A stretch of 20,000 nt of DNA. Source: Candidatus Sigynarchaeum calidifontis. Lineage in GTDB: Archaea > Asgardarchaeota > Lokiarchaeia > Sigyniarchaeales > Sigyniarchaeaceae. Shown here one piece after another: positions 6,872-14,768 of this stretch (position 1 is its first letter; every line of letters starts with the position of its first letter). The stretch lies in assembly GCA_030587475.2 (NCBI GenBank), contig JAUQYZ020000102.1, forward strand, positions 3,204-23,203, in the 5' to 3' direction. The translations under genes were made by a program, and so were the position numbers. The notes under the pieces are model-generated. The model was not told where the DNA came from. It worked only from the letters and a program-made list of their open reading frames with translations, and searched no databases.

Positions 6872-7126
6872 TCATTTCTTGCGCATTTTGGTCGCCCCGA
6901 TCAAGAATCCAAGTCCCTTCGCTGTCAGCGCGTATTCTACCTTCCCGCCCTTCATGCTGCCAAAAATCAGGCGCTCCTTCTTGAGTTCCCGGACGATTGC
7001 ATCCACGGACGCCGCGTCCTTTCCCAACTTGGCTGCCAGCCCTTCTTTCGTCATTGCACGGTCTTGCATAGCGGCGAGCGCGTTCCAGATCTCGACCTTG
7101 TCGATCCTCGTGCCGACAGATGACAT
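6872..7126 (-). CDS. Small winged-helix-turn-helix DNA-binding protein
   Basis: 84 aa from MSSVGTRIDKVEIWNALAAMQDRAMTKEGLAAKLGKDAASVDAIVRELKKERLIFGSMKGGKVEYALTAKGLGFLIGATKMRKK; HTH, recognition helix and beta-wing pattern. The upstream part of the tracked ORF (to 7417) looks non-coding. Confidence 0.7.
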   Translation of the reverse strand: MSSVGTRIDKVEIWNALAAMQDRAMTKEGLAAKLGKDAASVDAIVRELKKERLIFGSMKGGKVEYALTAKGLGFLIGATKMRKK

Positions 7127-7461
7127 CGATAGCTTGTCAGCCCGGGAATGCTTTAAACTTGGCCACGATAAAGTCGAGACCCGCGCGAGCCGCCCCGGCC
7201 GTCCAGGGGGTACCAACGCAAGTGATAAATCGCAAGGAGCCCGCACTGGATCAGCAGCTGGATCCCATGCTGCGAACCGGGTGCAGTGCTTGACATCGAG
7301 CTTGAAGCGGATCGCCGGCGCGCCGCCGGGCGCAACGCGAAGGGCGAACACGAGCGCGATCGTCGACTTTGTTATTACTCGTTTTTGTCGTGCAGGTAAT
7401 TGGTATATATTCCCCAAAATCGACCGAACGAAACCATAACGACGTTATAGAACAAAAAGAA

Positions 7462-9792
7462 TTATTTACAAGGGAGAGGGAGAGTCTTTACTTTGAAAAA
7501 GATTAATACCTCGATGGCGATAGGACTTGCCACGGCAGCGATGATCATCACAAGAATGGGCGCTTGAAAGTATATTTCCAAGTCAAAAAAGACCAGTTGA
7601 AAGACAAGGTAGGTGGAAGCTACATTATAGATATTGCACAATAACCAGCAATAATTCTCGCCTTTTTTTTCGAGGAGAACCACTGCAATGGGAAGCAAGG
7701 GGATTAATAAAACCAGGGACGCCATCCACAGTTGCGGCTGGATAATGAAGAACAAGAGTGCACCCAGGATAAAAGACAACAGGATGCGTTGCTCGGTTAC
7801 CGTCGCCTTGTGGATATACCAATATCCGGCGATAATGAATATACCGGCGATTGTCACGAACAAGATGGCGGTGTAACCGCCCACCATGAATACTAACCAA
7901 TTAATAAAGGAGAGCGAGCTAAATTGAAAAGACCCTCCCTCCCCAAGATTTCGGCGCAAGAATCCTTGAAACAAGGATGGGAATGCAATGAACAAGCAAG
8001 CGTCTATCCACAATGGCAAGACCGAGTAGAATCCGCGCTTGATAGCTTGTTTGATAGACCGGCTAGTTAATACCGTGAATATGATGATCCCGTACATCAT
8101 TGGTTTAAAGATCATCGATATACCAAGCAATATAGATGCTTGTCTTTCTTTATCGTTAAAATAATAATAAAATGACGCTGCGATGCAAAAAAGTACGAAT
8201 GAAGTGGGTTGACCAGTCGCGTAATTACTCAACTGGGGGAAGGAGAGTAAAAATAGCCAAATATACTTGGCAATATTGGTACCCGGCTTGTATTTCTGGA
8301 TGGTCCTCACGATGAGATAAATGGACACGACATTTAGCCCGAATGATGAGATGCAAAAGACGGCATAGGAGATTGCCAAGTCACCTATCACGGCAAATGG
8401 CACCATGAGCACCAGGAAGGTGGGGAAATATCGGAATTGGTATGTCCCGGCCTCGATGATAAGTGAGTCATCATATATCTCCATTAACCGTCCCTGCATT
8501 AGAAACCGGGAGAATTCGTAATACACGGCATAATCATTCTTTGTAATGTTCTCGATCTTGAACCAGTTGTTCAATAAACAACATTGCACCATAACAAAAA
8601 TGGTGACAACACAAATCACGAGGTTTGCTAATATCGGGATCTTGTATTGCTTGATGAAACCCCATAATTCTGCCAGTTTTCCCCATGCTCGTGTATCGGG
8701 AGAAAACACGAAAAGCTTGTTTAAAACATAGTTACATGTAGTGGAAATGGCAGTAGAGAAAACCGTGGACATGAACACGGATATGATATTCACCAGAATA
8801 GCGAATGCTATGAAATTAATACCCATTCCCACGATCCGTGTGGCAATGTCTAGAACAAGACGCTGCTTATCCTTGCCCGCCACTTTAAACGTGAAATACT
8901 TGTTGATGAAATGCTGCAATACCATCGCTGCTAGGTAAGCGACGCTGTTAGCGATTATCACCCAGACGGTGGTGAGAAACATATCAGTGACAATGGTGAT
9001 GCTGCTCACGAAAAGGAACCCAAGGAATCCGACGAAGCAGAACTTGATGAATTCAATGTATTTTTTCAATTTAAGTTGGAATAAATCGATGAATAAGAAT
9101 GCCATACCGAGACCATGGAGTTTTACGTCCTTAATGATGCGTGACATGCTGCTCGAGTGCTTCGCTTCCCGGCGTTCTATCCAATCGACGCCTATCTCGG
9201 CGATCTTGAAACCCTTGGCTTGTGCCATTACCATGCATTCCGTATCTAAAAACCAGCTCACGCTTCGACAAGGCAAGATAATCTCTTGGACAAATCGCTT
9301 GGTAAATAATCTAAAACCGCACTGGTGATCTTGCAGCTTCGATTGAAAGGCAAGTCTCATCATGTCATTGTACCGGCGCGAAACGAATTCGCGCATAAAT
9401 GGTCTTTCGACTGTCGAGCCGCGGGTATACCGGGAACCGACGGCTGCATCATAACCCCTATTCAGCACCGCATCCATCAACCGATCAAATTGGTCGAGCG
9501 GCACGGCCATATCCACGTCGATAAACGCGTAAAAATCGCCATCCTGGAATTTTTTCCACGCTTTTCGTAAGGCCAGGCCCCGCCCGAGCTTGTTTGGATT
9601 AGTAATAACCTCGATATGCTTGAATTTGCCTTGTAGATCATAAGCGATATCTTTAGTCCGATCCGTGGAACCATCTTCGGCAATTAGAATTGTGAAATCC
9701 ATAGGGCACTTGCGCGTTAAATAATCATACACGATGGCTACTGTTTTCGCCAGCGTCTTTTCCTCGTTATGAACGGGAAGCGTGAATATCAA
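7462..9792 (-). CDS. Multidomain membrane glycosyltransferase: N-terminal GT2 (dolichyl-phosphate sugar transferase-like), GtrA-like TM domain, C-terminal GT87/DUF2029-like polytopic domain
   Basis: 776 aa, TTG start. GT2: PVHNEEKTLAKTV...LIAEDGSTDRTKDIA...FYAFIDVDMAVPLDQF...QDHQCGFRLFTK. GtrA-like: IKFCFVGFLGFLFVSSITIVTD...HFINKYFTF...RIVGMGINFIAFAIL..NYVLNKLFVF. C-terminal multi-TM part with YYEFSRFLMQGRLMEIYDDSL...QFRYFPTFLVLMVPF...LLGISMIFKPMMYG. Confidence 0.85.
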   Translation of the reverse strand: MIFTLPVHNEEKTLAKTVAIVYDYLTRKCPMDFTILIAEDGSTDRTKDIAYDLQGKFKHIEVITNPNKLGRGLALRKAWKKFQDGDFYAFIDVDMAVPLDQFDRLMDAVLNRGYDAAVGSRYTRGSTVERPFMREFVSRRYNDMMRLAFQSKLQDHQCGFRLFTKRFVQEIILPCRSVSWFLDTECMVMAQAKGFKIAEIGVDWIERREAKHSSSMSRIIKDVKLHGLGMAFLFIDLFQLKLKKYIEFIKFCFVGFLGFLFVSSITIVTDMFLTTVWVIIANSVAYLAAMVLQHFINKYFTFKVAGKDKQRLVLDIATRIVGMGINFIAFAILVNIISVFMSTVFSTAISTTCNYVLNKLFVFSPDTRAWGKLAELWGFIKQYKIPILANLVICVVTIFVMVQCCLLNNWFKIENITKNDYAVYYEFSRFLMQGRLMEIYDDSLIIEAGTYQFRYFPTFLVLMVPFAVIGDLAISYAVFCISSFGLNVVSIYLIVRTIQKYKPGTNIAKYIWLFLLSFPQLSNYATGQPTSFVLFCIAASFYYYFNDKERQASILLGISMIFKPMMYGIIIFTVLTSRSIKQAIKRGFYSVLPLWIDACLFIAFPSLFQGFLRRNLGEGGSFQFSSLSFINWLVFMVGGYTAILFVTIAGIFIIAGYWYIHKATVTEQRILLSFILGALLFFIIQPQLWMASLVLLIPLLPIAVVLLEKKGENYCWLLCNIYNVASTYLVFQLVFFDLEIYFQAPILVMIIAAVASPIAIEVLIFFKVKTLPLPCK

Positions 9793-10119
9793 TTTTATAA
9801 ATACTCACCTTCAACGATGGAAAAAATGGCTTTTACTTGAATGTCGTAATGGATTAAATTTAGTTCGGGAGGTTCTTAATTCTACCTATTCCAAGTCGTA
9901 AAGACGAATGTTAAAGTATTTCATAGCGCCTTGAATGGTTTATAAAATCATGGATATATCTCCGTGTGTTAAATAAAAACAAAGAAATATTATCACACGC
10001 GACTATTGATATCGAGTTAATAAAAGCAACATCGTAACTTCACCTCTTCGTTCGAAACTTTCAACACTTTCAAGAACGCGCGCAGATCCTCCAGCAAACC
10101 ATCGAACGTCAGTTGAAAC

Positions 10120-11652
10120 TTGATGTGTAACCCGATGTCAGCCACCCGACCCGAACGCGTCTCGTGGAAAGAAACGATTGGATACGGCCTCTCGAACGTT
10201 CCGGGTGGGATCTTCGGGTCAATCATGGGTTTTCTTCAGGCCATGTATTATGGATGGATGGGCTTGGATCCCGGCTGGATCGCCCTGGCGCAAGTTATAT
10301 ATGCTATCTGGAATGTTTTCAACGATCCTATCTTTGGGATGCTCATAGATCGCACGCGCACGAAGCATGGACGTTATATGCCGTGGATCAAGGCATGCGC
10401 TCCATTTTTTTCCGCATCGTTCATATTTATTTTCCTCCCGCCCATGAACTGGAGTAGCTCGACCGGTGGGTTGGATTTCCAGGGTCCTCTTTTTTTGTGG
10501 TATCTCGTTTCGCAGTTATGCTATGACACGTGTTTCACGATCTGTTACCTCGCTTGCTCCGCCTTGTTCCCGCAAATCACGATCGACGGGCGCGAGCGGA
10601 CGAAGATATCGCTCGTGTCAGCGGGTTTCTCGATCCTTGGTGCTGTTGCGGGCCTCGTGCCCATGGCACTCCTGTCGAACCCGTCCCCCGAATCAGTGGT
10701 GGCATTCCAGGCTTGCGTTGTCGTGTTTGGTGTCGTTTCCGTCATCCCGTGGGTGTTTCTCACGAGGTGGGTCAAGGAACGACAAGAATACATCCCGCCG
10801 GCACAGGTGCCATTCAGGCAATCTGCGAGGATCGTGCTCGCCAACCGGGCGGGGCAAGTTTTCATCGTCTACGAGGGCCTCGCCACGGGAACCATGTATT
10901 TCGTCCAGACAGGCTTCGCGTTCGTCATCGCGTGGATCTTCGGCTTCAACAATTACAATGCGGGCTCGACTTTCTGGAGCACCGTGCCGTACCTCCTCGG
11001 CCCCGCGATTGGGATAGGGGCCGGCACGATCATCATGCTCTACATTCCCCGGTACCGAGATCTCAAGGCAGCAATCACGTTTTCGCTCGCCATCCAGTGC
11101 ATCGGATATACCCTGGCCTTTCTCGCGGCGTATGTCCCGCCGGGCGTGATGGTCGGCTCGTACTCGCTGCCCCCGGGAGCGTGGCTCGTGTCGGCTGGCT
11201 TTAGCATCGGGGCGCTGGGGATGCCCGCGTTCCTGATCTACCTCGCTCCCGCGCGTGGCATGGTCGTCGACTACGACGAATCGATCACGGGCGAGCGACG
11301 GGAGGCCGTGTACGCGGGGCTGGGTTGCATTGCATCGAAACCGATGACGAGCGTTGCATTGGCAGCGGTACCACTCGTCCTTGCTGCTTTCTCGCTCGTG
11401 CCGGCCAATGCTGTTGACTTCACCAACGGCCTCATCGTCAAGGGAAACGATTTTGGGACTGCCATCACGGGCGTCGCCGTCGCATCATTTCTCATCCCGG
11501 CTATCCTCTCGGCGATCGGGCTTCTCGCTTGGCAATTCTTCCCCATTGACCGGAACAACTATCCGGCCATGAAAGCAAAGCTGGACCATCTGCACGATAG
11601 CAAGCGCGCCGAGCGGCTCGACGAGGACGGCCGATCGAGGTTCGTCGCGTGA
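10120..11652 (+). CDS. MFS/GPH-family (MelB-like) sugar:cation symporter
   Basis: 510 aa; SWKETIGYGLSNVPGGIFG..MGFLQAMYYG, AIWNVFNDPIFGMLIDRTRTKHGRYMPWIKACAPFF (GPH signature), about 12 hydrophobic segments. The true start may be ATG 10135. Confidence 0.88.
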   Translation: MMCNPMSATRPERVSWKETIGYGLSNVPGGIFGSIMGFLQAMYYGWMGLDPGWIALAQVIYAIWNVFNDPIFGMLIDRTRTKHGRYMPWIKACAPFFSASFIFIFLPPMNWSSSTGGLDFQGPLFLWYLVSQLCYDTCFTICYLACSALFPQITIDGRERTKISLVSAGFSILGAVAGLVPMALLSNPSPESVVAFQACVVVFGVVSVIPWVFLTRWVKERQEYIPPAQVPFRQSARIVLANRAGQVFIVYEGLATGTMYFVQTGFAFVIAWIFGFNNYNAGSTFWSTVPYLLGPAIGIGAGTIIMLYIPRYRDLKAAITFSLAIQCIGYTLAFLAAYVPPGVMVGSYSLPPGAWLVSAGFSIGALGMPAFLIYLAPARGMVVDYDESITGERREAVYAGLGCIASKPMTSVALAAVPLVLAAFSLVPANAVDFTNGLIVKGNDFGTAITGVAVASFLIPAILSAIGLLAWQFFPIDRNNYPAMKAKLDHLHDSKRAERLDEDGRSRFVA

Positions 11653-11753
11653 ACGCCGGAATACACGCGCATAAAAGGGGACAAAACTGAAAAAATGGCT
11701 GCTCACAAGGGATCCTTCATGCCACTCGCCTTGACAATGATCCTGGCAGCCGT

Positions 11754-13169
11754 TCACACTTGCCTCATGACTCGGTAGGTGAAATCGACGGCGAGCATGA
11801 GGTTCGTAACCGAGATTCGCTCGTCCACGTTATGCGCCATGGCGAGGAGCTGTTCGTAGGTAACATCGTCATCCTTGATCGCCGGGCAGAAGCCGTATGC
11901 CACCATGCCTTTCTCCCTGAAAAACTTGCTATCCGTGGAGCCTTGGCTCAGCAGCGGGACGAGCGTGGCACCCGGGTATATCTCCCCAGTGACACGTGCG
12001 ATCGTGCCGTAGTATGGGCTGTCGATGGCCGAAGTCGTGCAGGGCTGGTTTGCGATGGGCTCGATCTCCACCTGGGCGTAGAGATCATCGCCGATCGCCT
12101 TCCGTATCGTCTCGTTCACTTGTTCCCGGCCGACGCCGGTCAGCGTCCGGATGTCGAGGACCACCTCGGCATCCGGGCTGATCGAGTTCTCCTTGACGCC
12201 GGAATGGAAGTTCGTGACCGCTATCGAGTTCGAAACGAGGGGGAGCACGACCTGCCGCAGTTTGATGCCCGTGAACTTCTCTGCCAGGGAAAGCAAGAAG
12301 CGTAAGAGACGTTTCGCCCGGAGAAGGCCCTTGAGGACGACCGGGATCGACATCGCGCCGAACGTGGCAAGGTATTCCTTGCCGATGACGAGTTCTGGCT
12401 TGAAGCGCTTGAGCTTGTCGAGGATCCTGGCGGCCTTGTAGATGGCGGTCGCATCGTGTTCCGGGGGCATGCTGCCGTGGCCGCCCCTTCCATGGACCCG
12501 GAGGCGCGTCCAGAACACGCCTTTCTCGCCGACCTGGATGACGAAATCGTTCTTGAACGGCAGCTTGAAACCGCCGCCCTCGTTGAGACAGCAATCGACC
12601 TTGATCGCATCGAGGCGGTTCTCGGCAAGCCACCCGAGGCCCTTGAGCCCACCGTTCTCTTCATCAGCGCAGAGCAAGATCTTGATATTTCCTTTGGGCC
12701 GGAAGCCTTCGTGGAGCAGCGTGAACGCCGCGACGAGGTTCGCCGCGCCAAGGTACTTGATGTCCATCGCGCCACGTCCCCAGATAAATGCATCGTGCTC
12801 GGCTTGAACCAAGTCGCCCGAGAAGGGGGGATGTTCCCACTTGCCCTCGGCTGGCACCACATCCAAGTGACTCATGAAGCCCCATGACGGGTGGTGTTCC
12901 GGCTCCGTGCCAAGGATGTCGACGATCAAGCTGGCGCGGCCTGGCTCGCTCTCGATGATGCGGGTCTTGACGAAATCGTACCCGTGAGATCGCACCCAGG
13001 CATCAAGTTCTCGTGCCAGGGCGATTTCATTGCCTGGTGGATTCGTGGTATCGATGCGGATCATCTTTTGAAGCAATTCTATGGCCGTTGCAGCCGCGGG
13101 AGTTCCGGGCTTGAATTTGTCCAGTAACCGCAGCCGCTCCCGTTGCGAGATTGCCTTCCTTGCACGCAT
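11754..13169 (-). CDS. M20/M25/M40 family metallopeptidase (carboxypeptidase/deacylase)
   Basis: 471 aa; LLQKMIRIDTTNPPGNE, GFMSHLDVVPAEGKWEHPPFSGD, IWGRGAMDIKYLGA, LLCADEENGGLKGLGWL, RVHGRGGHGSMP, ending ...GSTDSKFFREKGMVAYGFCPA, all M20 metal/catalytic motifs. Confidence 0.93.
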   Translation of the reverse strand: MRARKAISQRERLRLLDKFKPGTPAAATAIELLQKMIRIDTTNPPGNEIALARELDAWVRSHGYDFVKTRIIESEPGRASLIVDILGTEPEHHPSWGFMSHLDVVPAEGKWEHPPFSGDLVQAEHDAFIWGRGAMDIKYLGAANLVAAFTLLHEGFRPKGNIKILLCADEENGGLKGLGWLAENRLDAIKVDCCLNEGGGFKLPFKNDFVIQVGEKGVFWTRLRVHGRGGHGSMPPEHDATAIYKAARILDKLKRFKPELVIGKEYLATFGAMSIPVVLKGLLRAKRLLRFLLSLAEKFTGIKLRQVVLPLVSNSIAVTNFHSGVKENSISPDAEVVLDIRTLTGVGREQVNETIRKAIGDDLYAQVEIEPIANQPCTTSAIDSPYYGTIARVTGEIYPGATLVPLLSQGSTDSKFFREKGMVAYGFCPAIKDDDVTYEQLLAMAHNVDERISVTNLMLAVDFTYRVMRQV

Positions 13170-13175
13170 GTTTCA

Positions 13176-13886
13176 TCAATTCTCGTCCATGATGTCCATG
13201 AGCCTTTGGATCTTTGCATCGACCGCGGCCCGCGGCAGCCGGCCCTCGATCACCTCGAATTCCAGGTTCACCATGATCTTGCGCAGCCTCTCGTAATGGA
13301 TCAGGTGCAGGTTGGCATACTCGGTTTCGCTCTTCGCTTCGTTATCCTTGAGCACGAGCGCGTCCCAATCGAGATGTGGCTTGTCGATGATGAGCTTGTT
13401 GATGCTCTGCAATTTCTTGAGCAGCCGGTTCGCGAATTCTTTCTCGTCGATCTCGTGTGCAAATCTTCGCAAGCTATCGATGATCGATGCCGCCTTCTTG
13501 ACGTCCCCGTGGATCAAGGCGTTTTCCATCTCGTCGATCTTTTTCTGTGCACCGATGGCATTGATGAACGCCTCGTCTTGCACGTTCATCTTGATGATCT
13601 CGGTGGCATACTTGAGCAAGAGTTCCGATGCTTGATACTTGTCATCTTGCACCGTTATGCCAATCGTGCCGCCCGGATTCAGCTCGTAATCAGGGCAATG
13701 GCCACCCCGCATCTTGAAATCCTTGTCGATGAACACGAAGCACTTGTGACCACATTCGCTTTTCAAGAGCACGGTGACGAGTCCTTTCTCCAGTTGTGCG
13801 TCACTGAAGCGAGAAAATGGCATTTCCACGTCGAACGTCAGGTTGCATGCCGGGCACGTGATCCGTACCTTGCGGGTTTCGCTCAT
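13176..13886 (-). CDS. CpXC-like zinc-ribbon protein of unknown function
   Basis: 236 aa from MSETRKVRITCPACNLTFDVEMPFSRF...KSECGHKCFVFIDKDFKMRG, then an alpha-helical C-terminal region. The tracked ORF extends to 14459, but that N-terminal part is antisense to the GDPD gene and looks spurious. Confidence 0.65.
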   Translation of the reverse strand: MSETRKVRITCPACNLTFDVEMPFSRFSDAQLEKGLVTVLLKSECGHKCFVFIDKDFKMRGGHCPDYELNPGGTIGITVQDDKYQASELLLKYATEIIKMNVQDEAFINAIGAQKKIDEMENALIHGDVKKAASIIDSLRRFAHEIDEKEFANRLLKKLQSINKLIIDKPHLDWDALVLKDNEAKSETEYANLHLIHYERLRKIMVNLEFEVIEGRLPRAAVDAKIQRLMDIMDEN

Positions 13887-14033
13887 GGAAAAAACACCGA
13901 TGCTTGCTGGTGTATCCATCCTTGAAAGTTTTAATGGTTGCGTGATTAGGAAAAAGGGATGCTTGAACGACAGCAGCATTCCATGCCGCCATTGCCACGT
14001 CATGTTTATCTGGGATCGGGGGCTTGATAGCGC

Positions 14034-14768
14034 GTGGTCATCATTTTCGCGCACCGGGGTGCCTCGGGATACGCACCCGAAAACACGATCGAGAGCTTCG
14101 ACCGCGCCATCGAGATGGGAACCAAGGCCATCGAAACCGACGTCAAAATAACGCTGGACAGGCAGCTCGTGTTCTTCCACGATCGCGGCGTCGGCAAGTT
14201 TCCCCGGTACCGGCCGCTGCTCACCATGACCGCGAGCCAGCTGCAGCAGCGGGTCATCTCCGCCGCTGTTCCCAGGGTCATCGATGCGTTCCAGTACTAC
14301 CAGCACAAGAACATGTTGAACGAGATCACGTGGAGCATCGACGTGCCGTCCCGGCTCGTGATCGGCCGCTTGATCGAAATCGCCAAGGCCTTCCGGAACC
14401 TTGAAACGATCTATTTCTGTGGCGAGCAAGCCGCCACCCTCGCCCGTTGGGCCAGGCAAGGCGCACCACGCGAGCGGCTCGTCTGGTCAATTCGCCAGCG
14501 ACCGATCATGCGTCTCGGGCCGAGCGGCGTGGTTGCCGCGTGCAAGTGCCACGGCATCCCCACTATCAACGTGAAAGAGGGGTGGCTCACTACACCCCTT
14601 GCTTCCGCGATTCACGAGGCTGGAATCCACCTTTTCATCTGGGATTGCCACGACGAGCCCCGCATCACGAGAGCTCTCAGCTTTGATCCCGACGCGATTT
14701 ACTCGAACTACCCGGATCTCGCTGTACGATTGCTGGAACAAAAAAAGAAAGAAATCACTAGATCTTGA
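14034..14768 (+). CDS. Glycerophosphodiester phosphodiesterase (GDPD family)
   Basis: 244 aa; IIFAHRGASGYAPENTIESFDRAIEMGTKAIETDVKITLDRQLVFFHDRGVGK (HRG, E-D, HD catalytic motifs), C-terminal IHLFIWDCHDEPRITRALSFDPDAIYSNYPDLA. Confidence 0.93.
   Translation: MVIIFAHRGASGYAPENTIESFDRAIEMGTKAIETDVKITLDRQLVFFHDRGVGKFPRYRPLLTMTASQLQQRVISAAVPRVIDAFQYYQHKNMLNEITWSIDVPSRLVIGRLIEIAKAFRNLETIYFCGEQAATLARWARQGAPRERLVWSIRQRPIMRLGPSGVVAACKCHGIPTINVKEGWLTTPLASAIHEAGIHLFIWDCHDEPRITRALSFDPDAIYSNYPDLAVRLLEQKKKEITRS

Noticed and set aside
7127-7417. N-terminal extension of the winged-helix ORF
   Set aside because: The sequence upstream of MSSVGTRIDK (ARQKRVITKSTIALVFALRVAPGGAPAIRF...) does not look like part of the HTH protein; the internal ATG at 7126 gives a complete wHTH domain.
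13887-14459. N-terminal extension of the tracked 427-aa ORF
   Set aside because: This part is antisense to the GDPD gene and has an unrelated, low-quality translation; the zinc-ribbon protein starts well at MSETRK (13886).
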